A DNA stretch of 64,000 nt, from the NCBI GenBank assembly GCA_008632985.1, contig QPGO01000097.1, forward strand, positions 248,001 through 312,000. Reading direction: 5' to 3'. The position numbers and the translations under genes are program-made. Each line of letters starts with the position of its first letter. Within the stretch, counting starts at the first letter, position 1. The notes under the pieces were generated by a model. It was not told the origin of the DNA. It saw nothing but the letters and a program-made list of their open reading frames with translations, and ran no database searches. Shown one piece after another: positions 12,394 through 23,636 of the stretch. The DNA comes from Psammoneis japonica. Lineage: Eukaryota.

Positions 12394-15038
12394 ATGAATT
12401 TTCTTCGTCATAAGAAACATCCGAGCTGTTTATTCTTTGTCTTTCTGGCGTTTCTTGTGGTTGCAATCTGCTCAACAACAGCGTTCTCTACGTCAGCGCC
12501 GTCGAATGGAACTCCGAGACAGTTGAACCGAAAGGGGCGTCAGCACACCATGAACTCTATTTGGCATCACACCCATCGCAAAAAGAATTCGCGTGAGGCT
12601 GTACGCTTGCTCAAGACACTTTTACGGGATGAACACCAAACAGGATATTGTACACTCAAGCAAGGTGTTGTATTCAATGTGTTGAAAATGTGTCAAGAGC
12701 GAAGCAGTCTCGACCAGTACACCTTGGATGCCGTACGAGAAATCAGTGCACTTTTGGCAAACAACAGTCGTCTATATGACTTTGGAATGATATCATCAAT
12801 AATATCGATGCTCGCCTCAAACGGTAGACCAGAAGACGCCGAGTCAATTCTTTCAAACCATAATTTGCATTCATCCAAGAACTCCACTCAAACGACAATG
12901 GCTTACAATATGGTGCTGGACGCATATGCCAAGGCGTCCAGGTATGCAGAAGCAGAAAGATTGCTCTGTCAAATGGAAACGAAACAAATAAAGCGAAATG
13001 CCGCATCCTACACGATTGTGCTCAAGTCGCTGGCTAGAAGTGGACAACGGTCACCCACGCTGGCGAAAGAACTGCTGCAGCGCATGGAACAGAATGATAT
13101 TGCACCAACCAAGACTACCTACGATACTCTCCTTCGCTATTACGCCAATCAAGGTTTGGTGGCCGACACGGAGGAGATACTCCAACAAGTTCGTCTTGCT
13201 GCTTCCGGTGAAGAGAATGTTCTTACTCCCGAGGTGCAAGACAAGATTTTGGCATACGCTCGTTCCAACGAATGGCGCAGTACGGCGCCGTTAAATAGGC
13301 AATCCGATAGCGTGGACCACGATGTGAAGGAAGTATTGGAGGCTCCAGTGGGTACTCTTGTAGAGATGGGAAAAGCCACAAATGCAATTTGGTTCAACAT
13401 CAAGAATCGGGGACACAAGGGGGCGGACACTGCGATACTCTTATTGAATCGGTTGCTGGAAGAACAAAAGGAACGTCCGGATATTGTATTTGTGAAAAAG
13501 GGTATGGTCTTTCAGGTCCTGAAAGCCTGTCAACAAAACATTGAATCGAACATAGAGGACCTGGAGCGTCTTTACGAACTGCTTAAGCAATGCCGTTTCA
13601 TCGATGCGAAGATGCTTACACAAATTCTCTCCGCAGTCACGAAATGCCAACAAGAGGATGCAACGCAACGTGCAGAAGCATTGCTAGACTCTTATCCAGG
13701 CAAATTGAACAATTACCACTTTTGTGCCGTTCTAAATGGATACGCGAAGCATGGAAATGCTAAAGGAGCCGAACAGTTGTTCACACGGATTGACGACCTA
13801 TACAGAAAAGGGCGCATTGCGGAAGGGGTCAATAGAGTCGCCTTCAACTCCTTGCTGGATGCCTTGTCAAAAAGCACCGAAGGTAGAATTTTACAAAAGT
13901 CAGAGGTAATTCTCAAGAGAATGCGCACCGACCCCAAGACTAGACCCGACATGATCACATACACGATCTTGTTCAACTTGTACTCCAGGCAATCTGCCGG
14001 CGAGGAAGCCGAGGCGTTACTGGAAGAAGTTGAAGAGTCTATCAAAGATGGGAAAATTGGAGATGGAATCCTCAATTCATTTACATATCGTTGCGTTATT
14101 GATGCATTGGGTAAGAGCGGTAAAGCCGGACGAGCAGAAATGCTTTTGAAACGAATGCTGGAAAGGAATATCCCTGTGAACAAGTTTCATTACTGTGGGG
14201 TTCTCAATGGCTACGCAAGAGAAGGCAAGGCGTCAGAAGCAGAGCGCTTTTTGCAAGAAATACATGAATTGTTTAATCAAGGAACTATATTTGATGCACC
14301 GAACTTGGTTGCTTACAATTGCGTCATGTTCGCATTGGCCAAGAGTGGCGACTATGACGCTCCGTTTCGAGCAAGAGCGCTGGTCGATCGAATGATCGAA
14401 ATCAAAGTCACGCCAGATGTAATAACCTATAATTGCCTCTTGGGTGCAGTCGGAAATCGGGCAATGGCCAAAGAGTGCGAACAGATTTTGAAACAGATGT
14501 ACGAGCTTTATGAGACAGGAGAGGTAGACGCTGCACCCAACGTGATCTCGTATAACTATGTTTTGGGTGAGTACGTTTTGTCATATTCTTTCTGTTGTGA
14601 CATCAGTAGCTTACAGTTCCTCGCATTCTCTCCTAAGACTCCCTTGCAAAAAGTGGGGATCTAGTGTGGACTGTTTCACGCGCCGAGAAGCTCCTAAATG
14701 CGATGAAGCAAGGAGATGCCGACACCCAGCCCAACATGATCACCTATCGAAGCTTGTTGAAATGCTACGCGAACTGGAAACTACCGCAGGATGCGTTGGG
14801 ACTTCTGAAGCGTATGCAAGATCTTCACGATACCGGAAAGCTTCAATATGCCCCAGACAGAACGTCGTATCAAATTGTGATTGATGCACTCGAAAAGTCC
14901 GATGAAAATGACTCCGCAGAGGAATGCGATGCTCTGAAGAAGAAAGTTGAAGCAATTTACGGGAAGGAGGAGTGGAAGCAGGACGCTTCATTTCACATTG
15001 ATCAGTTTGATGCTCTTCTCGAGTACATGAGCAATTAG
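12394..15038 (+). CDS. Pentatricopeptide repeat protein, probably plastid-targeted; intron 14567-14664
   Basis: Many 35-aa PPR repeats (AYNMVLDAYAK, PDMITYTIL, PDVITYNCLL, PNMITYRSLL). Hydrophobic signal peptide followed by TTAF. Confidence 0.88.
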
Positions 15039-15469
15039 CATTCAACTCTCTCGTGGTGCCGATGTCGGTGAGAGGTGCGGTAGGTGGAGGGTTGAGAGCT
15101 CTCCCATGCGTCCTGTTTCTAAATCTGCGTTCGCGCTGCCGGCCTTATGCGAAACGTGCTATGCAGAGTTTATTCAATGTTTCTGAAGCAGCTGTAGTTG
15201 CAGGAGGTTCTAACTTTGTCCCCAGTCATAGATGCCACTACCCGAACAGGGTCGGGATAGATTTTGTGGGGCAGGAGGCAGGAATCCGTATAGACCCTTA
15301 CAACAACTTTGAACCTTCATGCATCAATTAGAAAGCTAGTGGCATGGCTTTTGTTGCGAGTTTGGTCATTATCCATGCGGTGGCTTCACTAGGAGACTGG
15401 CAATTCTCCACAAAAAGCCTATAGGTACAACGGCGATATTATTGGATGAAAGACTATAAATCAACCAAG

Positions 15470-16175
15470 TTAGAACCTTAGTTTCTGGAAGAAGTAAGCA
15501 CTGCCAACAGCCTTCTTCTCGCTGGTCACTGCCTTCTGGTTCAAGTAACGATCCTCAAAGATCTTTTTCAAATTCTTCTTGACATCAACTTTGCGATCAG
15601 CATCGATGAGATCGGCTTCATCAACAGCTTTCTTCAAGTCCAAGTCAACAACGTAACGTGTTGGGAAGACGTGACGGACATTGACGTATTTGACGAACGG
15701 TTTCATCGTTCGAGAGCGCTTTTCGACCTTCTTCTTTGACATTGCCTTGGTGACCTTTCGTGGTCCTCGTGCAATACCGGCAATCAAACAGTGCGAGAAA
15801 CGCTTTTCATTTGTTCCATCATCAAACGTCTTCACCACAACTGCCTTCTTTCCAGCGTGACGTCCTGAGAGGACAATCACGACCTTACCACTCTCTGTCA
15901 ACAACAGGTGAGAAACAAAAACTGTGAGCCTTTCGTCCAAAATAACACCCACCGCCACTTGAACGCAATATTCCCATGGTGCAACACGAAAGGTGAGGTA
16001 ATGAGCCGTAGCCGAAGCACACGCTGTGGAGCTGGGGTTGAAGACTCCAGTGCCAGGTCCATCGTTTCATCACCCAACTCGCTCCTTCCGGTTACGCAAA
16101 GCCTAAACAAACGCCTCAACAAGAAGCACCACAGACATATGAAACGAGGTTGTTCAACTCACTAACGATCGCCAT
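15470..16175 (-). CDS. RPL27: 60S ribosomal protein L27 (eL27); exons 16175-16163 and 15894-15470
   Basis: Spliced product reads MAIVKSGKVVIVLSGRHAGKKAVVVK...KPFVKYVN...FFQKLRF. Confidence 0.95.
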
Positions 16176-16525
16176 TTTCGCTTGTTTTGACGCTCAAAGA
16201 GAATGAACGGTTCGTCTCGAGATTTTTTACCGCGTACTTCTTACTAAAAAATCGAAAATTATCTAGTATTCAGATCCGCAAATTATATGAAAATAGATTA
16301 ACGCCAAATCGTGGCATCAGACGCAACGGAGCTTATCTCGTTGTTATTTTTGCGCGGGAAAAATCAATGTTGGAAGAGTGATGTGAACCAGGTGTTCCAT
16401 TCCGCATGGTCGCAAAACTGCAACGAGCTCGTGAGCACTCATAGACACTCATTGAATTAAATGCAATCTGGCGACCTGAGACAAGTGATTCAGTGTCCAG
16501 CCTCAACCTTGTCTCCCGAGATCCT

Positions 16526-16801
16526 TGACAGGATTTGAACAGGATTTGGGTGCGCGCGAAGTATCGCGCGCTGTTTAGTTTACCGCGCACAGTTTTGTGT
16601 GCTTTAGTTCCGCGCGTTCACGCGCGATGTAGTTTGCTTTCGAGCCACAAGGCTCACAAGAATAACAACAGTAGCCCGATTGTGCCGACTTGCACGTCTT
16701 TCGGCTCCTGCAACGGTCTCTGAGCAGAGACTCATCTGCTGTTTAGACAGCAGCAAGGAGTCATTGTTTGAATTCTTGCCATTTGCCTTCAATTTCTGTC
16801 A
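16526..16801 (+). repeat. 5' LTR
   Basis: Ungapped match to 23356-23631 with 14 mismatches; TG...CA termini. Confidence 0.95.
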
Positions 16802-17740
16802 GATTGACAGTCTTGCTCATTGTCAACCCATTGAGCAACCGCCATCGTCATCGTTGATTTGCCAACGATGCTGTTTCAATCCTGCATGGACCTCCGTGTG
16901 TGTTCTACATACATCGGCAAGTCTGCGCGCATTCAATGCCAGGGCATCGGCAGGAAGTTAACGTCACCGTCAAGTCTCCTTGCCGCTGGACATCTGGGTT
17001 GATTGCACTGCCTTTGATCGCTGAAGACACACATTCAACGGTCACATCCAAGTCTGTCCTTGATCAACATCCCTTGACACACCCATTCCTCGGTCAACGG
17101 TCAAGAACCCCACACATTCAAGGATCTCAGTTGCTGAAGACATGTGCACATGTGCACATCTTCACGGCCAAGAACCTTTGCCCACCCTTCGGACTGCGGT
17201 TTTGCCACCACTCTACAAGCACACTGAGTCCATTGTGCCTGATCTACCCCGGACTGCTGGTGCTCCACAGTTCCACCAGGTCCACGAGGACGACTGTGAG
17301 AGCAAGCAGCCGTGATTGCAGCCTGCATTGGGGCGAGGGTGCTTTCCCGCGTTTGTTCGTTCGTCCACAGCGCCTGACGCCTGCGTCAACTGGCCAGCCT
17401 GATCGGGAAATCCAACCGACGTGAAATGAGAATGGTTCGGGGGTCTTGTCCACCTCTGGTCAGCTCACCTGCAGGGGTTTGCAACCCGCTGCTCCGCTCG
17501 CAAGCAACCCAAAGCGCCGCCAGCTGCGGGTTCGGACGTGCCGGCACAACTCTGCGGACCGGACAGGAAGTTTAGCACTCGACAACGAACGGGATGGCAA
17601 AGCCCGGCGACTTCTGATTTTAAGACAGTTCAAGATTTCAAGTCAAGTCTGTTTCAAGTCAAGTCCATTCCCACCCAAGTTTCGAGTCTGCCTTCGCTTC
17701 CCAACCAGAATTGATTGTCCTGACACCACTTTTGTCTACC

Positions 17741-20700
17741 ATGGTTCTCACTCGTCAGCAACAAACCGATGGTTTCGAGCACGTTGTTGGAACCGTGCTT
17801 GCCCAAGGTGCTGGGAGTCCTCTTTGTTTGGCTTTGGCCCAAGATGGCACGGACTCGCATCAGGAACTGTTCACATTCATGCCGTCCCAAATCGACTCTC
17901 TTGAGTGCGACAACGGCACTGATGTGATCCCTTTGCCCCGTGGTTACAAGAACATGTCAGCAGCACTGGTTGGTCTGTACATTGTCAAAGCACACAAAGG
18001 TCTTGACGTTGCCAACGACTCCTCTTTGTTCACGCATGACGAGTTCCTTGCCTGCCGCCTCAGCCCCGACTGCATGTCTTCTGTGTCCATCGGCAGCTCA
18101 CCCCTTGCACCTCCGCATGTCACCAACCCGACCAAGGCACGCGACCCGGTGCGGGACTTCAAGCGAGGCATCAAGCGTGATCCCACCGCTTTCACGGCTC
18201 TCAAATCCGACAAGCAGTGGCACACTTGGCACACCTCACTTGTGGCACAAGCCCGTGCCCAAGACGTCGAGTGCATTCTAGACTCGTCGTACAAACCGAC
18301 CAGCCCCGAAGACAAACTGCTCTTTGCTGAACAGCAAAAGCACATGTTCGCCGTCTTCGAACGCATCCTTCTCACCGACAAGGGCAAGGCTCTCATTCGC
18401 GAAAATGTGGGGTCTTCTGACGCACAGACCGTCTGCCGCGCCTTGTCTGAGTGCGCGCTTGCCTCCACCCGCGCATCTGTCGAGTCCTCCACCCTGCTCA
18501 CGCACCTCACCACCGCACGTCTTGGTGATGGCACTTGGAAAGGTCCGACCCACGGGTTCATCCTTCATTGGCAAGATCAGTTGCGCAAGTACGAGGCACT
18601 CATCCCGGCCAGTGACCACTTCTCTGAAGGACAGAAGCGCGTCATGCTCGAGAATGCCGTGCACCCTGTCGAGGAACTCCATGCTGTCAAGAACCAAGCT
18701 GATCAGCATCGTACGCAGAGTGGCAAGAGCCTCACATGCGATCAACACTGTGGCTTGCTCCTCTCCGCGGCAGCTCAGTGCGACAGTGCGTTTCAACCCA
18801 AGACGACACCTCGAGCTCCCCGACGCGCCACATGCGCACACGACGTCTGCTCCGAGGAACCGTCCGACGACATGTTCTACGACATTGACAGCGACATTGA
18901 CGTCCTTCAGGCCAATGCCGCCTGCACCCGCGGTCCCAGCCTCACCGGTGACCAATGGAGACGTCTCCCTCCCGACCACCAACGGATCTGGGATTCGTTG
19001 CCCGATTCCTCCAAGGCGATCATCCTTGAGCATTCTCGTCTGCCTCCCCGCAACCCGCGAGCCAGTCACTGCCATGAGTCTGTTACGCCCAACCTTCACG
19101 ACCAACGCCTTGGGAGTGACGGTGATGTCAACTTGTCCAACACGACTCCTGCTGACTCTGGTGACTTCGCTCCAAATGTGGATGCCAATTCGGACAATCC
19201 CATCATGGCGCACCTCACCAAGCGCAAGTCACTGCCACCCGGTGATCTGCAACGTCTGTTGTCTCCTAACCAAACCCCCAATGCCAGTCGACCGGGGCCA
19301 TCCGCCGCTTCCTCTACCCCGCCAGCTTCTGCAGATGACATGGAACTCAACGGCCGCACTCACCGCCGCATTGACAACCACAATGTCATTTGCTCTGCCT
19401 CTGCTCATTGCTCCACACGCACTGGCGCTCTAGTCGATCGTGGGGCCAACGGCGGCATTGCTGGCGACGACGTTCGCGTCATTGCATGCACCTCTCGCCA
19501 AGTCGACGTTCAGGGCATTGATGATCATCAATTGGTGGACATCCCTGTTGTCACCGCTGGTGCCGTCATTGAGACCCAGCGTGGTCCCGTCATCGCCATC
19601 CTCCATCAGTGCGCATGCACGGGCAAGGGCAAGACCATCCATTCCTGCGGCCAGCTCGAATGGCACAAACAGGATGTCAACGATCGCTCTGTCAAGGTGC
19701 CCAACGGCTTGCAACGTGTTGCCACTCCTGATGGCCATGTCATCCCCATTGACATCAAGGCCGGCCTGCCTTGTGTTGCCATGCGACCTTACACTGACGC
19801 CGAATGGGACACCCTGCCCCATGTCATCCTCACCGGTGATGACACATGGGACCCTTCCGTCCTCGATCACTCTGTCACTGACGACGACCAGCGGCACGAC
19901 GCGATCTCTGACCCACAGGACGATCCCACTGCCAACCTGTTTGACGAGTGCGGCAACTGCCGTCATCGTGTCGTTGTCAACGAGACCATCATGTCCGCTT
20001 CCTTTTCTGCCGATCACGCGTCCGCCCTCGATGATCACCTCATTCCGAACAACGACGTGTTCTGCGAGTGTCATCTACATGCGATTGACCCCAAGGGCGA
20101 TGACGTTCCGCCTCCGGAGTGCACTGCACAGCCCAAGGACCCCCCCTTCGAGTCTCTTCAGCCTTGCTTTGGCTTCCCACCTGCCGATGCGGTCCGTCGT
20201 ACTTTTGACTGCACCACGCAGTGCGCCCGCATGCCCGCCGGCACACACCTTAGGAAGGCCTGCAAATCACCCAACCCCGCCCTTAATGTGCACCGCCGCA
20301 ACGAGCCTGTCGCCACTGACACCGTTTGTGCCGACACCCTGGCCGTCGACTCTGGTTGCACCAGCGCCCAACTGTTTGTTGGCACCGAGTCTGCCGTCAC
20401 TGACGTCTGCGGCACTGAGACGGACAAAGAGTTTGTCAACACACTCGAGGATCAGATCCGTGAACGTGGTGCCCCATCCAAACTCATTAGCAGCCGTGCT
20501 CAAGTTGAGATCAGCAACAAAGTGCTCGGGATCCTACGCGCCCTCTTCATCTCCAGCTGGCAAAGTGAGCCTCACCAGCAACACCAAAACTTTGCCGAGC
20601 GTCGACACCAGACCGTGAAGCGCATGGCGAACACTGTCATGGATCGTTTTGGTTCGCCCGCCCACACATGGCTGCTGGCGCTCATGTGCGTGTGCTTCAC

Positions 20701-23408
20701 ACTCAACCACACAGCGTCCCCACGTCTCCACTGGCGCACGCCCCTCGAGACTCTCACTGGCTCCACCCCGGACATCAGCCCATTGCTTCGCTTTCACTGG
20801 TGGGAACCCATGTGCTTCCACCTCGATGATCCGATTGGCCGTCCGAATCCCGTGAGTTGCGTGGACGCTTCGTTGGCATTGCTGAGCACGTCGGCCACCA
20901 GATGACCTTCAAGATTCTATCTGACGAGACTCAGAAGATCCTCTGCCGGTCCAACGTCCGCTCCGCTGCCACCGATCCTGCCGTTCGAAACCTGCGTCTT
21001 GATCCTCCTGATGGGGAGCCACCTGAACCCATCATCAAATCTCGCCATGACGACAACCCGTCGATTCTCCTGATGGGGAGATCAGGACACCCAAGATGCC
21101 AGTTTTTGATCCGCAAGACATCATTGGACGTACCTTCCTCATGCAGCCACAAGAGGACGGACAACGCCACAGAGCTCGCACCGTCAAGGCCGTCGAAGAC
21201 CACGAATGGAAAGTGAACGGCAATCCCGAGCTCACTAAGTTCGTCTGCTCTGTCAACAATGACGAATGCGAGGAAGTCCTTGCCTGCAATGACATCATGA
21301 ATCACATTGAGCAAGAAGACGAAGACACTGCCATTTGGAAATTTCGACGCATCGTGTCACACGAAGGACCTCTGAAGCCTCACGACCCAACCTGGAAAGG
21401 CTCAAGCTACAACATCATGCTTGAATGGGAAAGTGGGGAGATCACGTCCAAGCCTCTTGCCATCATCGCCAAGGACGACCCCGTCACCTGTGCCATCTAC
21501 GCACGAGAGAACGGACTCCTCGACACGGATGGCTGGAAACGGTTCCGCACCATCGCGAGGCGCCAAAAGAAGCTATTTCGCATGGCCAACCAAGCCAAGC
21601 TTCGCTCCTTCCGCACTGCACCTCGCCACAAGTACGGATGCGAAGTTCCCCGGAACTGCAAACACGCCATGTCACTAGACGAACGCAACGGCAACCGCAA
21701 GTGGGGAGACGCAACTAATCTTGAGATGGACCAACTCGACGAACAGGAAGTCTTCCATGACTGCGGGCCCTTCAAGTCTTCCACTCCTCCTGCGGGACAC
21801 AAGAAGATCCGAGTGCACCCAGTGTGCGACGTGAAACACGACGGTCGCCACAAGGCACGACTCGTAGCCGACGGGCACCTCACGGACGTACCTGTCGACA
21901 GTGTCTGCTCCGGAGCAGTCTCCCTCCGTGGCCTTCGGCTGATGATTTTCCTGGCCGAACTCAACGAGTTGGAGACATGGGCCACCGACATTGGCAATGC
22001 CTGCCTTGAAGCCACCACCAAGGAGAAGCTTTACATTGTAGCCGGACCCGAATTTGGCAAACTCGAAGGACACATCCTTGTCATCCACAAGGCACTGCAT
22101 GGACTGCGCAGCTCCGGTCTCCGCTGGCACGAGCGCTTCGCCGACTGCCTGCGAGCTGAAGGCTTCTTCCCCTGCCGCGCCGAACCCGACATTTGGATGC
22201 GCAGGAACGGCGACCACTGTGAACACATTGCCGTTTATGTGGATGACCTCGCCATTGCCATGAAGGACCCTCAATCTTTCGTCGACACTCTCACGGAAAA
22301 GCACAAGTTCAAGCTCAAGGGCACGGGACCCATTGAGTTCCATCTGGGTTGCGACTTTTCCCGGGATCCCGACGGAACCTTGTGCCTGTCTCCGCGCAAG
22401 TACATCGAGCGCATGGTCGACAGCTGCGCCCGACTGTTTGGGGAGAAACCTGCCACCAACGCCCTGTCACCTCTGGAGAAGGGTGACCACCCCGAACTGG
22501 ACACTTCCGAACTGCTGGGACCCGATGGCATTCACAAGTTCCAGTCTCTTGTTGGTTCACTCCAATGGGCAGTGTCCCTTGGTCGAATTGACATTGCCAC
22601 GGCCATCATGTCACTCTCTAGCTTCCGAGCTGCGCCCCGTCAAGGCCACTTGGATCGTGCCAAATGCGTCTGTGGGCACCTCTCCAAGATGCGACACGGT
22701 GCTCTCCGCGTTCGCACGGAAGAGCCCGACCATTCGGATCTCCCTGCTCCGGCCTGTGAATGGATGCATTCCGTGCATGGCGAAGCAGAAGAGATGATCC
22801 CGAAGGACGCTCCACCGCCCCTTGGCAAGTTCGTCACTGCCACCCACTACGTCGATGCAAACTTGTGCCATTGCATGCTCACCGGACGCTCTGTCATGGG
22901 AATGCTCCACTTCCTCAACAAATTCCCGGCTGATTGGTTCTCTAAGAAGCAAGCCACCGTGGAGACTGCGACCTGCAGGTCTGAATTTGTTGCCGCAAGG
23001 ACTTGTGTTGAGCAGATTGTCGACCTGCGCATCACCCTGCGCTGCCTTGGCGTCCCGGTCCGCAATGTCAGTTACATGTTCGGTGACAACAAGTCGGTTG
23101 TAGACAGTGCCACCATCCCGCACTCCAAGTTACACAAGCGACACACCGCACTGTCGTTCCACAGTGTGCGTGAGGCAATTGCCTCTGGTTGCCTTGAGTT
23201 CCACTTCATCGAAGGCTCCCGCAACCCTGCTGACATTCTCAGCAAGCATTGGGGTCACTCCCAAATCTGGGACCTTCTCCGCCCCCTCATGTTCTGGAAC
23301 TTCATTCCATCCGAAGTCGAATCTGTTTCTGTGACTCCTCAAGCAAACTGGGGAGTGACAGGATTTGAACAGGATTTGGGTGCGCGCGAAGCATCGCGCG
23401 CTGTTTAG
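17741..23408 (+). pseudogene. Copia gag-pol polyprotein with two frameshifts (~20830 and ~21070)
   Basis: Protease ALVDRGANGG; integrase VATDT...SEPHQQHQNFAERR; RT KHDGRHKARLVA, DIGNACL, AVYVDDL; RNase H YVDAN, SEFVAAR, FGDNKSV, NPADILSK. Confidence 0.93.
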
Positions 23409-23631
23409 TTTACCGCGCACAGTTTTGTGTGCTTTAGTTCTGCGCGTTCGCGCGCGATGTAGTTTGCTTTCGAGCCACAAGGCTCACAAGAATAACAACA
23501 GCAGCCCGATTGTACCGACTTGCACGTCTTTCGGCTCCTGTGACGGTCTCTGAGCGGAGACTCATCTGCTGTTTAGACAGCAGTGAGGAGTTGTTGTTTG
23601 AATTCTTGCCACCTGCCTTCAATTTCTGTCA
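23356..23631 (+). repeat. 3' LTR
   Basis: Ungapped match to 16526-16801; preceded by the polypurine tract. Confidence 0.95.
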
Positions 23632-23636
23632 ATCCT

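Larger units (their letters stand above)
16526..23631 (+). mobile_element. Full-length Ty1/Copia (diatom CoDi-type) LTR retrotransposon, 7106 bp, hypermutated
   Basis: Two 276-bp LTRs (TGACAG...CTGTCA), 5-bp TSD ATCCT at 16521-16525 and 23632-23636, purine tract GGGGAG at 23350-23355, and gag-PR-IN-RT-RH domain order. Confidence 0.96.

Noticed and set aside
16354..16361. E2F-like TTTCCCGC motif (also at 193-200)
   Set aside because: Short motif, unsupported without conservation or expression data.
16802..16825. Primer-binding site after the 5' LTR
   Set aside because: GATTGACAGTCTTG does not match a tRNA 3' end I can identify, and it may be mutated.
17940..23334. Long alternative-frame and antisense ORFs inside the Copia element
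   Set aside because: Shadows of a GC-rich, TA-depleted gag-pol.
17741..23408. Alternative genetic code or ADAR-type RNA editing as the cause of Tyr->Cys/His
   Set aside because: Host genes use Tyr normally. The changes occur on both strands, differ between the LTRs and also affect a DNA transposon.
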